Shown piece by piece: positions 10,632 through 21,533 of a DNA stretch of 64,000 nucleotides. Each line of letters opens with the position of its first letter. The first letter of the stretch is position 1. A program made the translations under genes and the position numbers. The notes beneath the pieces were generated by a model. The model saw only the letters and a list, made by a program, of their open reading frames with translations, was not told where the DNA came from and searched no databases. Source of the stretch: Armatimonadota bacterium (GTDB lineage Bacteria > Armatimonadota > SYMT01); NCBI GenBank assembly GCA_041690135.1, contig JAWLHY010000003.1:544001-608000 (forward strand). The letters are read 5' to 3'.

Positions 10632-10879
10632 GCCTGGCTCTCGGTTTCGACGATAACGGATTCGGCTTCCTGGCGGCGGAGGGAGAGGTGGCTGCCTCTC
10701 ACCTTGATCTCCAGAGGATCCCCGAGCGGCGCCACGCGGATGAATTGTACCGGGGCGCCCCGGATCAGGCCCATTTCCTGAAGACGCTGGCGGCCGGCGG
10801 AAGTAAGGGCCGAGCCCTCAATCCGTCGGACTTTGCCGGCTTGCCCAGGGCGGAGCTGGGTCAAAGGACACTCGACCAT
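10628..10879 (-). CDS. feoA: FeoA
   Basis: RLQEMGL..G, APLGDP, LSLRRQEA; ATGA overlap with feoB. Confidence 0.93.
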   Translation of the reverse strand: MVECPLTQLRPGQAGKVRRIEGSALTSAGRQRLQEMGLIRGAPVQFIRVAPLGDPLEIKVRGSHLSLRRQEAESVIVETESQA

Positions 10880-10895
10880 AGCGGATGAAGCGATA

Positions 10896-11159
10896 TCAGC
10901 GGGAGAAAAGGGAGGGACGCGACGGGGCAGGGCGCGTGGCCCCTACCGGTTCGACAATGATCTGCCCGGCGAGCGCCTGGCTGAGCCCCACGCGCGCGTG
11001 CTGGATCTGGCAAATGCAGGAGGGCCCGCTCTGCACGCAGCGGATGACGGCATTCTCGGTGAAGCCCATCTCCCGGAGACGCTGGCAAACATCCGACTGA
11101 CCCTCCAGCCGGAGGACGCGAACCGAGGAACCGGGGCGAACGGCACTCAATGCAGTCAT
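10896..11159 (-). CDS. feoA: Second FeoA-domain protein
   Basis: Start ATG 11159; RLREMGF, RVGLSQALAGQIIV. Confidence 0.8.
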   Translation of the reverse strand: MTALSAVRPGSSVRVLRLEGQSDVCQRLREMGFTENAVIRCVQSGPSCICQIQHARVGLSQALAGQIIVEPVGATRPAPSRPSLFSR

Positions 11160-11289
11160 CAAATCTCTCCACCTGCGCGCGGACCGTCTTCCCTCATGAG
11201 GAGACCGCCCTTCCGGAGAAGCGCACCGCCAGTCTCTGCGGCAGTATATCATTCGGGCTTAGGCCGGTCAACGAGGGCTACATCTGCCC

Positions 11290-11305
11290 TTTAGCATGCC
11301 CTAAA
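11290..11305. promoter_or_regulatory. Putative DtxR/MntR-family metal operator upstream of the feo operon
   Basis: Palindrome TTTAG-CATGCC-CTAAA (TTAG-N6-CTAA), ~130 bp upstream of the first feoA. Confidence 0.5.
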
Positions 11306-11579
11306 ACTGTTCGGTGTCCGGCACCGGTTTCCTCTCCCGCTCTTCCCCGAAAACCCGGTTCGCTACCGGCACAACCAAATCTCAACCCTCCTCCGGGTCG
11401 CAGTTCCGGTTGGGCTTCTCGGGCGCCGTAGTCCGGGCTGCGCGGGCTGTTCACGGCCGATTCTTGAACAGCACGGCCGGTAGCGGCATCTCAGATGCGT
11501 CACCGGTGACGAGCGGTGCCGGGGGGATGTCCCCTGGGCCCTTCGAAGCCGTCCCAACCGCGCTTGAAAGGGACGAGGG

Positions 11580-14500
11580 ATGCGTTTGCGGCTGATCGGT
11601 TTATTGGCGTTTCTGGCTCTCCTCTTTGGCTCGCCTGCCCGGGCCCAGTCCTACACCCTCACCCCCCTGGGCAGCCTGCCGGGCTATGCCAATAGCACGG
11701 CCACCTCCGTCAACAGTCTCGGGCAGGTAGCGGGGTTCGCGCAGAATGCTCCGGCTACCCCGTCGCGACCGTTCCTCTATGCGAACGAGACCTTGCAGGA
11801 AGTGGGGAGCACGGGAGCGGAAGGTCAGGCCCTGGGCATCAACTCGTCCGAGCAGATCGCGGGTTACTATCTGGAGGCCGGCCTCTCGCAACCATTCCTC
11901 TACGTGGCGCCGAACGTGAAGCACCTGGGCACTCTCGGGGGGACCGAAGGGGCTGCTTTCGCCGTGAACGAGGCGGGAGTCGTGGCCGGGTGGTCGCGGC
12001 TGGCCGGGGGCGCTCGGCACGCCGCCCGGTTTGCACTGGACGAAGAGGGTAACCCGCGGGCGCCCCTCGACCTCGGGACGCTCGGGGGAGCGGAGAGCTT
12101 CGCTTACGGTATCAACCTGTTCGGGCAGGTGGTCGGTGAGGCGCAAACCGCGGGCGGACAATTCCGGGCGTTTTTCTATAACGGCGTGATGAACGAGCTC
12201 CCCACCCTCGGCGGCAGCGGCGGCGTGGCGTGGGCGGTCAACAGCGGCCAGCAGGTGGTGGGGGCTTCCCAGGTCGCCGGCAACGCGGTGATGCACGCTT
12301 TCCTCTGGCATCCGACGCAAGGAATCCGGGATCTCGGCACCCTCGGTGGTTCGGAGAGCCACGCCCGGGCGATCAACAACTCCGGCCTGGTGGTCGGTTA
12401 CTCCACGCTGGCCTCGGGCAGCAATACCCACGCTTTCGTCTGGCACCAAACCAGCGGGATGGTCGATCTCAATTCCCTGTTGCCCAACGGTTCCGGCTGG
12501 GAGCTACTGGAAGCGCGCGGCATCAACGATGCCGGCCAGATCGTGGGAGTCGGACTGTTCGGGGGAGTGCGTGCGGCATTTCTGCTGACCCCGCCCGTGG
12601 CCGACTGCTCCATCGCCCTTTCTACGCCGCAGACTTCGGTCGCCGAGTACAGCCAGCTCACCTTCACCGTCACCCTCACCAACCACGGTCCGAACGGCGC
12701 GCCGCTCGGCCGCGCGATCCTGTCGCTGCCCAGTGGCTGGCCGGTAAACTCCGTCAACATCCCTGGTGGCACGCACAGCGTGCAGGGTAGCTCGGTGATC
12801 CTCAACTTCGGAGGCCTGACGAACGGGCAGATCGTGACGGCGGAAGTCGTCACTACGGCCGCGACCCCCGGGAATTTCGTCGTCACTTCTTCCCTACAGG
12901 CGAACAAGAACGACCCGGACGTTACGAACAACAGCGCCCAGGTCTCGCTCAGTGTCAGCGACGAGCCCCCCCTGGTGGACCTTCGCCTGCTGGTGGAAGC
13001 CACCCCGGAGCCGGTGGGCCGCAACCGGAATCTCTCCTACCACTTTATGGTGACCAACTTCGGCCCCGTGGCAGCGTCGGGGACGAACCTGGTGCTTTCA
13101 CTGCCCCTCGCGGCCACCTTCATCTCGGCCGAGAGCAGCCAGGGAAGCCTGGAATTCGTGCCTGGCAATCCACCTCAGCAGGGGGAGGAACAGCGGAATT
13201 TCGTCCTGGGAGGCCTCGGGATCATCGGAGTAGGCGAGACGGTTACGGGAACCATCGTGATCCAGTACGCCAACTCGGGGACCTACAACTACATCCTGAA
13301 CGTCTTCTCCACGGATACGGACACGCATCCGGAGGACAATGAAAGCAGCGGCTCGCACACGGTGGTGGCGCCCCTTTCGGCTAACCTCGGCCTCACGGGG
13401 GCGGACAGTCCGGACCCGGCGCTCAACGGCCAGAACATTACCTATACTTTCAACGTGAACAACCAGGGACCCGACACGGCCACCGACGTGCGGTTGGCGG
13501 TGGACCTGCCGGGAGGCGTTACGGTCTTCTCGACCAGCACTCCGCAGGGAGTAGCGATTGAGACCGGCGGCGATGTGCTGTTCAAGCTGGGGAACATCAA
13601 CAACGGGGCTACCGTCCAGGTCAGCGTGGTGGTGACGCCGGGCGGTACCGGTACCTACAACTACTCCGCCAGTGTCACCACCGCTTCCGATGAGGCGATG
13701 ACGGGGAATAACTCCGCCTCCGGCTCGACCCTGGTCCAGGCGGTCGCCAACCTGGGGCTGACCGCTACCGACTCCCCGGACCCGGTTTTCGTGGGCTCCG
13801 ACCTGACGTACACCTTCGACGTGACGAACGCGGGGCCGGACGCGGCTCCGAACGCCCGCCTGCTGGTGGACCTTCCCGCCGGGGTGGAGATCCGTTCCGC
13901 CAGCACGCCCCAGGGCAGCGCCACAACCCTGATGAACGGAGACGTGCGCTTCGATTTCGGGAGCGTGGCCAACGGCGCCAACCTCCGTGCTACGGTAGTG
14001 GTGCGCCCGCAGTCCGAAGGGGCCCTCGCCTATTCGGCAACCGTGAGCTCCGACGCGCAGGACTCCTCGATGGGGAACAACACTCGCGCGGGGAGCACGC
14101 TCGCGCGGTTGCAGGCAAACCTGGGCCTCACGGTCACCGACAGCCCGGACCCGGTGCTCGTCGATCAACAGTTGACCTACACGCTGACGGTAGCGAACGC
14201 GGGCCCGCACACGGCGAAGAACGTGCGCCTCACGCTCGACCTGGCGCCCGGCGTGCAGATCGTGTCACGGAATGCGCCGCAGGGCACGTCCGCGGTGGTG
14301 GGCGGCGACGTTGTTTTTACCCTCGGCGACCTGGCCAACGGCGCCACGGTGCCCTGCACGGTAGTGGTCACCAGTTCCCAGGAAGGCACCCTCCCTTATT
14401 CCGCCACCGTGGTGACCGACTCGGTCGATCCCGAGAGCGCAAACAATACCCGCTCCGGAAACACCGGGGTCAACGCCGGGGTGGTGCAGGCGAACCTCGG

Positions 14501-15977
14501 GCTCACCGCCACGGATGGGCCCGACCCGGTGAACGTGGGCTCGCAGCTCACCTACACGTTCGTGGTCACCAACGCCGGACCGGATGAGGGCCGGGACGTG
14601 CGGCTGGAGGTGGATCTCCCGGAGGGGGTTTCCTTCGTTTCCGCCAATGCGACGAAAGGAAGCGGCACCCTGGTCGGGGGGGATGTCGCGTTCACCTTCG
14701 GCAACCTGGCGAACGGCGAAGGGGTGACGGCTACCGTGGTGGTGACCCCCCTGCAGGCCGGAACCCTCGCCTACTCCGCCGTGCTGGAGACCAGTTCCGA
14801 AGACACGGACATGACCGACAACACCCGTTCCGGCACGACCGCCGTGAACCCGGCGCCCCTGGTGGCGGACCTGGGCGTGACCGCCACGGATGGCCCCGAT
14901 CCGCTGGTGGTGGGGGGGGAGATCACCTACACCTTTACCGTCACGAACCACGGCCCCGACCCGGCGAGCGGCGTGGTGCTGAACATCGATCTGCCGGCGG
15001 GAGTGCAGCTCGTCTCCGCCAGCGCGCCGGGGGTGCAGTTCTCCCAGGTCGACGGCAACCTCCTGTGCACCATTGGGGCGATGGCCAATGCCGCAAGCGT
15101 GCCGATTACGGTGAAGGTGACCGCCACCGCGGAAGGCGCGCAGGCGTACTCCGCAACGGTGACGACCACCGCGACCGACAACAACTCGGCGAACAACACC
15201 GTCGACGGCAGTACCACCGTCCAGCCGGAGCCGGTGGCGGATCTCACGGTGAACGTCACCGACACCCCGGACCCGGTCGACACCGGCAAGACGCTGACCT
15301 ACACGTACACCGTGGCAAACGCCGGCCCGGAGACCACTTCCGGCACGTTCCAGGCGACCCTTCCCGCGGGTGTTACGCTCCTCTCGGTGGTGTCGACGTC
15401 CGGCGAGGTCACCGTCGGCGGCAACGGCGTGACCTGCACCTTCACGGGCCTGGCCAACGGGAGCTCCTTCACGGTGACGGTGCGGGTCGAGGTCAACACC
15501 CCCGGCACGAAGACCGCCACGGGACAGGTGCAGGGGACGCTGGACGATCCCAACGAGACCAATAACTCGGCCACCGCTACGACCACCGTCAATGCAGTGG
15601 CGCGACCGGACCTCACGGGGACCTGGACCGTGCAGCCGACCCAGAAGGGAAAGAAGTTCAAGCGGACCCGGATGCGCTACACGGTGAAGGGCACTTTCAC
15701 CGTACAGAACGTGGGCACGGCGAACTCCAAGAAGACGTTCGTAACCTTCTACCTGTCGGATGACGCCGTGCTGGACGCCGGCGACAAGCAGCTCCGGCGG
15801 GTGACGGTAGCGCCGCTCCGCCCCGGCCGTGGCCTGAAGAAGGCGGTCACCACCGTAATGCCCGTGGACGAGAGCGCGGCCGGAAAGTACCTGATCGCGG
15901 TGGTCGACTCCGCGGCGAAAGCGGAAGAAAACAGCGAGGCGAACAACACCGTTGCGTCTGCGACCATCCCGGAGTAA
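11580..15977 (+). CDS. Large secreted protein: HAF extracellular repeats + ~8 DUF11 Ig-like domains + C-terminal CARDB-like domain
   Basis: Signal peptide (PARA/Q); DLGTLGG..S.A..IN..GQVVG repeats; repeated ANLGLT..DSPDPV..G..LTYTF.VTN.GPD; FYLSDD and E.NN at the C-terminus. Confidence 0.9.
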   Translation: MRLRLIGLLAFLALLFGSPARAQSYTLTPLGSLPGYANSTATSVNSLGQVAGFAQNAPATPSRPFLYANETLQEVGSTGAEGQALGINSSEQIAGYYLEAGLSQPFLYVAPNVKHLGTLGGTEGAAFAVNEAGVVAGWSRLAGGARHAARFALDEEGNPRAPLDLGTLGGAESFAYGINLFGQVVGEAQTAGGQFRAFFYNGVMNELPTLGGSGGVAWAVNSGQQVVGASQVAGNAVMHAFLWHPTQGIRDLGTLGGSESHARAINNSGLVVGYSTLASGSNTHAFVWHQTSGMVDLNSLLPNGSGWELLEARGINDAGQIVGVGLFGGVRAAFLLTPPVADCSIALSTPQTSVAEYSQLTFTVTLTNHGPNGAPLGRAILSLPSGWPVNSVNIPGGTHSVQGSSVILNFGGLTNGQIVTAEVVTTAATPGNFVVTSSLQANKNDPDVTNNSAQVSLSVSDEPPLVDLRLLVEATPEPVGRNRNLSYHFMVTNFGPVAASGTNLVLSLPLAATFISAESSQGSLEFVPGNPPQQGEEQRNFVLGGLGIIGVGETVTGTIVIQYANSGTYNYILNVFSTDTDTHPEDNESSGSHTVVAPLSANLGLTGADSPDPALNGQNITYTFNVNNQGPDTATDVRLAVDLPGGVTVFSTSTPQGVAIETGGDVLFKLGNINNGATVQVSVVVTPGGTGTYNYSASVTTASDEAMTGNNSASGSTLVQAVANLGLTATDSPDPVFVGSDLTYTFDVTNAGPDAAPNARLLVDLPAGVEIRSASTPQGSATTLMNGDVRFDFGSVANGANLRATVVVRPQSEGALAYSATVSSDAQDSSMGNNTRAGSTLARLQANLGLTVTDSPDPVLVDQQLTYTLTVANAGPHTAKNVRLTLDLAPGVQIVSRNAPQGTSAVVGGDVVFTLGDLANGATVPCTVVVTSSQEGTLPYSATVVTDSVDPESANNTRSGNTGVNAGVVQANLGLTATDGPDPVNVGSQLTYTFVVTNAGPDEGRDVRLEVDLPEGVSFVSANATKGSGTLVGGDVAFTFGNLANGEGVTATVVVTPLQAGTLAYSAVLETSSEDTDMTDNTRSGTTAVNPAPLVADLGVTATDGPDPLVVGGEITYTFTVTNHGPDPASGVVLNIDLPAGVQLVSASAPGVQFSQVDGNLLCTIGAMANAASVPITVKVTATAEGAQAYSATVTTTATDNNSANNTVDGSTTVQPEPVADLTVNVTDTPDPVDTGKTLTYTYTVANAGPETTSGTFQATLPAGVTLLSVVSTSGEVTVGGNGVTCTFTGLANGSSFTVTVRVEVNTPGTKTATGQVQGTLDDPNETNNSATATTTVNAVARPDLTGTWTVQPTQKGKKFKRTRMRYTVKGTFTVQNVGTANSKKTFVTFYLSDDAVLDAGDKQLRRVTVAPLRPGRGLKKAVTTVMPVDESAAGKYLIAVVDSAAKAEENSEANNTVASATIPE

Positions 15978-16007
15978 CGGAGTGATCCGCGAATTGGGCG
16001 AAGGGTA

Positions 16008-16424
16008 GGAGCGCGGGCGTCTCGCCCGGCAGAAGTTGCGAGTACTGGAGTGGGGCGGGCGTCTTCGCCCCCCCGCGCTCGGTCACGAGCGGGGTAGCCT
16101 GGAGAGCACTGAGCGATTGCCTCCGCACCCCACCCCACTACCGGTAACCGGAAAGGTGGTGGTAGGGTCGTGGTCGCTGTCCCCGACCAGGATCATGCCA
16201 CTGTACCCGGAATGCATACCGGCAGCCACTATGCTGGCGGTAGGATGGGGGCGTACACCTGGCCCCCGAATGCATCACGGTGGTCGTCCCGTGCTGCGGG
16301 CATCTCGCCCGCCAGCGGGCGGCAACCCGAACATGGCTCCGGACCTGGAATGCATTCCAGCAGCTGCCCCACTCGGTCTTACTCTCTGCGCTGGCTACCG
16401 TGGCGGGCGAGACGCCCGCAGCAC
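16008..16424. repeat. REP-like GCGGGCGTCTCGCCCGC cluster between convergent genes
   Basis: Copies near 16013, 16055 and 16296, and an inverted copy at ~16403. Confidence 0.7.
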
Positions 16425-16501
16425 TTCCCGCCGCGTCCCTCCACCACTCCACCTAACCCATCCTCCGTATCCTGTCCATCCTGTTCCTTCCGTCCCGGAG
16501 A

Positions 16502-17530
16502 TCAGGTGGGCAGGGTCACGGCCTCGCCGGTGTCGGACGAGCGGTACACCGCTTCCGTGAACTCCATGTATAGGAATCCGTCCCGGAACGAGGGTTCCAC
16601 GGGCGTGCCCTCGCGGATCGCCCGGATGAAGTCCCTCTCCACGGTCCATTCCCGCACCAGGTCGGGCGGGATCGGAAGGGGCGCGGCCTCCCGGTCTTCC
16701 TTGCGGCCGCCGCGGATCTCGTCTGTGTCCAGGTTGTAGCGCAGGGTCCCGTCGGTGCCGTAGAGGTGGATGAAGTTGTGCGGGGCGTACCGGGTGACCC
16801 CGCTGAAGCTGTAGCTCCCCACGGCGCCGTTCGCCAGTTCCGCCGCGATGGCGACCGATTCGGCGATGCGGACCTCCATCCACTCTCCCGTTTCCGGGTC
16901 CCGTCGGCGCGGGGTATGCGTCTTGGCCACAGCGGACACGCGCCGGTGGGGACCGGCCCAGCGGTGGATCACCTCGATCCACATCCCCAGCGTCAGCGTG
17001 TTGTAGCCCTGGAGGGCGAAGTTCTGCCGCCAGTGGAGCGCCGCCGTGGGGTCCGCGTTGGCGGGGGAAAGCCCGGTGGCGTGGACCTCTCGCAGCTCGC
17101 CCAGGTAGCCATCCGCAATCAGCTTGCGGATAAGCCGGTCGCCCTTCATCCCCGCGGGCGGGGGGCAGAGCATGGCTACCTGCGCCGGGTGCGCTTCCGC
17201 GGCTTCCAGCATGGAGCGGGCTTCGGCGGCGGTACGCGCCATCCGGGCCTGGCAGAAGACGTGCTTCCCGGCGTTCAGCGCCGCAATGCTCATCTCGGCG
17301 TGAGTGTAAGGCCAGGTACCGATGAAGACGGCGTCCAGGTCGTCCCGCACGATCAACTCCCGCCAGTCGGTCATCACGTCCGGGATACCCCATTCGCAGG
17401 CCACCGCCTCTCCACTCTCCCGCGACCGGTTGCAGACCGCCGTCACGGCGACTCCGTCGATCCCGCGCAGCCCCGGCAGGTGCCGCAGCCGAACAATTCC
17501 TCCCGCCCCAATAATTCCGATTCTCAGCAC
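16502..17530 (-). CDS. Gfo/Idh/MocA family oxidoreductase
   Basis: GTG 17530 with AAGGAG SD; IGIIGAGG Rossmann motif; AGKHVFCQARMA. Confidence 0.9.
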   Translation of the reverse strand: MLRIGIIGAGGIVRLRHLPGLRGIDGVAVTAVCNRSRESGEAVACEWGIPDVMTDWRELIVRDDLDAVFIGTWPYTHAEMSIAALNAGKHVFCQARMARTAAEARSMLEAAEAHPAQVAMLCPPPAGMKGDRLIRKLIADGYLGELREVHATGLSPANADPTAALHWRQNFALQGYNTLTLGMWIEVIHRWAGPHRRVSAVAKTHTPRRRDPETGEWMEVRIAESVAIAAELANGAVGSYSFSGVTRYAPHNFIHLYGTDGTLRYNLDTDEIRGGRKEDREAAPLPIPPDLVREWTVERDFIRAIREGTPVEPSFRDGFLYMEFTEAVYRSSDTGEAVTLPT

Positions 17531-17578
17531 GTTGGCTCTCCTTTTGCTCCATCCGACGCACCCTGGTTCCTGGTACTC

Positions 17579-17727
17579 GTAGGGAACGTCTCGCCGTAGC
17601 GTTCCGCCGGCCTGAGTCTGATCCCGCCCTGCCAACTCGGAAAGGATCACGTGTAGGACCCAGTCCGGTTTGGCGCAACGGCTTCAACTTCGTCGACAGC
17701 GGAATGGAGCGGCGTCACATTCCCTAC
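17579..17727. repeat. Inverted pair of GTAG-family REP sequences (REPIN-like)
   Basis: GTAGGGAACG..CGTTCCG at 17579 (+) and GTAGGGAATG..CATTCCGCTG at 17697-17727 (-); the latter matches 54009-54039 at 30/31 nt. Confidence 0.7.
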
Positions 17728-17826
17728 CGTCCGGGTCTCCCAAGGCGAGTTGAAGTCAGGACCAGTTCCATTGCGCCCTCGGTGGGCACGCACGGTAATC
17801 TCAACGCAGTATGCCGGATGCGCTAT

Positions 17827-18687
17827 TTAGGCGCCGAACACCTTGGCCCGCAGCGGAGTCTGGATCTCGTAGATGGAGCCCCCGCGCTCGTGCTTGGGAA
17901 ACGGCACCCGGATATCCATTTCCTTCACCCGGTAGCTCGTGGTGGGTCGGCCCCGCAGGATCTTCGCGTCGAAAGCGGCCAGGTCCGGCACTCCCAGGCA
18001 GGGCCAGGCGTCCACGGCCGCCAGTTCCAGCAGAAAAAGGCGCCGCGGCCGGTGGGAGGTGTTGATCCTGGACCCATGGAGGGTGCGGCAATGATGGATG
18101 CTGATACCCCCGGCGTGGACCGGTACCGGGACCGCCTCCCCGAGGTCGATCCCTTCCCGTGCAGGGTCGATCGCGCCTACGAAACACCCGTCCTGGTGGT
18201 GGTCCAGTACAGGCCAGCGGTGGGAGCCCGGCACCATCAGCATGCAGCCGTTCTCCTCCAGGCAGTCGTCGAGGGCGATCCCCACCGCCAGCACGTCGTC
18301 ATTCGTGTGGGGGTAAAAGGCGAAATCCTGGTGCCATTCCACCGGGCTCCCGTAACCGGCGGCCTTCATGTTCAGCTTGTTGCCGTGCAGCCGGATTTCG
18401 GGCCCAATCAGGGCCGTGGCAATCTCCAGCAGCCGCTCCGACTGCGCGAGGCGTCCAAAGTAGGGATGCGTGTTGATCGGCGCCTTTAGCCGCCGGACCC
18501 GCGGCTCCTCGGGGGAGTGCTCCGGCTCCAGGTCGTATACGTCGTTGTGCGCGGTGACCGCGCGGGACTGTTCCACCAGATCCTCCACGATCGCACGCGC
18601 CTCCGCCATCTCGGCGGGGGTAAAGACGCCTTCCACCGCCAGGAAGCCGTGCTCCCGGTAGAAATCGATCTGCGCCTGTGTCAACAT
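17827..18687 (-). CDS. Phytanoyl-CoA dioxygenase (PhyH) family Fe(II)/2OG dioxygenase
   Basis: MLTQAQIDFYREHGF, WHQD, ENGC..VPGSH, HGSRIN. Confidence 0.9.
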   Translation of the reverse strand: MLTQAQIDFYREHGFLAVEGVFTPAEMAEARAIVEDLVEQSRAVTAHNDVYDLEPEHSPEEPRVRRLKAPINTHPYFGRLAQSERLLEIATALIGPEIRLHGNKLNMKAAGYGSPVEWHQDFAFYPHTNDDVLAVGIALDDCLEENGCMLMVPGSHRWPVLDHHQDGCFVGAIDPAREGIDLGEAVPVPVHAGGISIHHCRTLHGSRINTSHRPRRLFLLELAAVDAWPCLGVPDLAAFDAKILRGRPTTSYRVKEMDIRVPFPKHERGGSIYEIQTPLRAKVFGA

Positions 18688-18835
18688 CCGTGGTGCCCTC
18701 CACCCCAGAATTGGTCTCCACCGTTGGAATGCCCTTTGCCAATTCGCGAGCGGCCCGCAGGTGGGTTTGGACTGCCCCGCTCCTGCGGGAACACCGGCTG
18801 GCAACTGGGCAACGAATTAATGAAGGGAGCCGGGT

Positions 18836-19429
18836 GTGGACCGCTGCGTCATCCTGGTGGACAACAGCAACCTCTTCATCGCGGGGCGACAACTCGCGGC
18901 GAAGCGCAACGGGGCGAATGGGAAGAGAAACGGGAAAGAGGAGAAGAGCCGGGCCCCGGAAAAGGGTAGTCGCGGCGGCGAGGGTCCACCGCGTGACGCG
19001 AAGTGGCGCCTCGACTTCGACGCCCTCTATCGCTGCCTCGCCGCGGACCGCGAGGTCCATGCGGCCATTATGGTGGGGTCCGCCCCCTCCGATGAAGAGG
19101 CCGGCTGGGACGTGGCGGCGCGCGCGGCCGGCTTCCAAACCATCGTCCAGCGGCGCGAGCCCGGGCTGGGAGAAAAGGAAGTCGATACGGAGCTGGTCGC
19201 CCGGGGCGCGGAGTTGATCGCGGGGACGGACGCGGTGATGGTCCTCGTGCTGGGCTCCGGCGACCGGGATTATGTGCCGCTGGTCGAGCTCGCCAAGCGG
19301 CACGGCTGGGACGTAGAGCTGCGGGCCTTCAAGTCCTCCTATGACAATGGGGGCGAGCTCGCCGGCAAGTCCGACCGGGTGCTTCCGCTGGATGAGTGCT
19401 TCGATGAGCTTACCCTCTCGCCGGAGTGA
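18836..19429 (+). CDS. NYN-domain (PIN-like) protein
   Basis: VDNSN, EKEVDTEL, LGSGDRDYVP acidic motifs. Confidence 0.85.
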   Translation: MDRCVILVDNSNLFIAGRQLAAKRNGANGKRNGKEEKSRAPEKGSRGGEGPPRDAKWRLDFDALYRCLAADREVHAAIMVGSAPSDEEAGWDVAARAAGFQTIVQRREPGLGEKEVDTELVARGAELIAGTDAVMVLVLGSGDRDYVPLVELAKRHGWDVELRAFKSSYDNGGELAGKSDRVLPLDECFDELTLSPE

Positions 19430-19450
19430 CCGTGGGGGAGGCAGCGGAGC

Positions 19451-19494
19451 AGGAGTAAGAGTAGGAGTAAGAGTAGGAGTAAGAGTAGGAGTGG
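19451..19494 (+). repeat. (AGGAGTAAGAGT)n microsatellite
   Basis: About 3.5 tandem 12-mers between the NYN and PrcB-like genes. Confidence 0.85.
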
Positions 19495-19522
19495 GATCTG
19501 GGTGGGTTGGGGGAGGCGAGAG

Positions 19523-19984
19523 ATGCGAGCGCGTGGAATTGCGGCGGTTGTGGTGGGGGCCGCCCTGCTGAGTATGGGAACTTCGGTGGAAACGGCGGCC
19601 GAGGGTAAGAACGTGCGGACGCTGCTGCAGGGCAGCCGGAGCGGCATTCGCACGGCCCGTAGGGAAGTGGTGAAGTCCCAGGCGGAGTGGGAGAAACTCT
19701 GGAAACTGCACCTGGCCGGCAAGATCCAGAACCCGGCCCCCGAGCCTCCGAAGGTGAACTGGGAGAAGGAACTGGTCCTGGCCGTCTTCCTGGGTGCGCG
19801 GCCCACCGGAGGGTATGCGGTGCAGATTGAGGGTGCCCGGGCGGAGAAGGGCAAGCTCGTCGTGACCCTATCGGAACGGAAACCCGGTCCCAGCGATCTC
19901 GTCACCCAGGCGTTCACCGCGCCCTTCCACATGGTGGCCGTCCCCCGTTCCGCCGTCGAGGTGGAGTGGCGCCCCAAGCCCTAG
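19523..19984 (+). CDS. Secreted PrcB C-terminal-domain protein
   Basis: Signal peptide; VNWEKELVLAVFLGARPTGGY, VTQAFTAPFHMV. Confidence 0.8.
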   Translation: MRARGIAAVVVGAALLSMGTSVETAAEGKNVRTLLQGSRSGIRTARREVVKSQAEWEKLWKLHLAGKIQNPAPEPPKVNWEKELVLAVFLGARPTGGYAVQIEGARAEKGKLVVTLSERKPGPSDLVTQAFTAPFHMVAVPRSAVEVEWRPKP

Positions 19985-21354
19985 CGGCGGGGAAACTCGA
20001 ACATCCGCCACCCCGGAAAATACTCCGGGTTCAGCACGCCGGTGATGCGTCGCGCGGAGACCAGATTCATCGCCACAATCACGGCGACCCAGAGCGTCAG
20101 GAGTCCGCGTGCCGCCCGCTGTGAGGGCAGGCGGCTAATGCCCTCCACTACCAGAACGGCCAGAGCCGGCAGGGCAACCAAGAGATAGCGCCCCCCCGCA
20201 TTGAACTCCATGTCGGACAGCCAGAAGGCTCCCTGCTGTCCGGCGAAAACGGTAAACAGCAGACCCACGCAGGCGAAAAGCATGTAGCGGGAGGGACGCC
20301 GTTCGAGGCAGAGGCAAGGATCGATCGGCACTTGTTTGCGTCCTTTTCGAGACTTGACGAAACCGGCGATCGCAGCCAGGAGGACCAGGGTTACGAGCCC
20401 AAATAACCAGGCGTCCAGCGGATAGGCCAGCCATCCACGCTGAACCCAGGTAGAGACGTAGGTTTCGAACAGGGTGAAGGCGGCCGTCCGCGCGGGGCCG
20501 GCGACCTCCGCCAATTCCCATCCGCTCCCCCGGGTACTGGGGGTGTGGATGAAGGGAGTTCCATGTTGGAGCACATTGCGCACGTACCACCAACCCGCGC
20601 CGGCGCACCCTACTCCCAGGATAATAGCGCAGCGGCGCAAACGATTTCCCGCCGCCTGCTGAGGTCGGAACCACTGGGCCAGAACGAGGAGAAGGCCCAA
20701 CGGGGCCGCCGAAAGCTTGGTCAACCCGGCGCACGCCGCCAACAGACCGGCAGTCCAGGGGAGAGCTGGGTGTTCTTCCTTGTCGGTATACAGATGCTGG
20801 GCGGTCAGCAAGGCCGCCGCACCCAGGATCAGAGCGATGCCGTCCGGGTTGGCGTGGCAGAGGTAGAGCAGGGTTAGCGGCATCAGAAGGACCGTGGCCA
20901 CCAGAACGAACTGGTCCCCTTCTCGCTTTGGGAAGAGCCGCCGGCCCAGGCGTTGGATAATGAACAACAACAGCCATCCCAACGCCACCATTAACCAGCG
21001 CACGGCATGCCAACGTATCGCCTCCGGCTGGGAGGCCGAGAGCGCGTACGGGATCGCCTGGAGAGCATAGGCCAAAGGCGGGTGCTGCGCCTCGTACCCT
21101 GCTTCTCCCCCACCCTGAGGGCTCCAGAGCGGCAGGCGCCTCTCCTCTACCAGGAAACGAACGTAGTGCATGTGCGCCGCTTCGTCGGGAGGGGCGGTCA
21201 ACGGTTGGATCACGCTGAACAAGAGAGCGAACATCGTGTAAACCACCACCAGCAGAAGCCACGCCAGACGCCAGCGTTCAGAGACGGAGGGTCGAAGAGG
21301 TTGGTCGTTATCTGGCGGGTCAGGATGGCGCATCAACGGAAACCTTCGTCTCAT
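19981..21354 (-). CDS. GT-C (ArnT/PMT/DUF2142-like) membrane glycosyltransferase
   Basis: PDEAAH, YEAQHPPL, LTK, WWYVRN, GRYLL; polytopic; start codon uncertain. Confidence 0.7.
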   Translation of the reverse strand: MRRRFPLMRHPDPPDNDQPLRPSVSERWRLAWLLLVVVYTMFALLFSVIQPLTAPPDEAAHMHYVRFLVEERRLPLWSPQGGGEAGYEAQHPPLAYALQAIPYALSASQPEAIRWHAVRWLMVALGWLLLFIIQRLGRRLFPKREGDQFVLVATVLLMPLTLLYLCHANPDGIALILGAAALLTAQHLYTDKEEHPALPWTAGLLAACAGLTKLSAAPLGLLLVLAQWFRPQQAAGNRLRRCAIILGVGCAGAGWWYVRNVLQHGTPFIHTPSTRGSGWELAEVAGPARTAAFTLFETYVSTWVQRGWLAYPLDAWLFGLVTLVLLAAIAGFVKSRKGRKQVPIDPCLCLERRPSRYMLFACVGLLFTVFAGQQGAFWLSDMEFNAGGRYLLVALPALAVLVVEGISRLPSQRAARGLLTLWVAVIVAMNLVSARRITGVLNPEYFPGWRMFEFPRR

Positions 21355-21533
21355 CGGACCTAGCGTGGTCGGGCTGGCAGCGAATCTAGCAATTCGCTCA
21401 CCAACACAGATTGTTGGTGGCGAGCCACACTTCCTTCGCCTGCGTTCGTTCCTCCAGGCACGCGCATCCCACCTTCGAGTGCGGCGGACTCCCGCTGGCG
21501 CAGGGTGCCGCCGCACTCTTCCACGGCAGTACG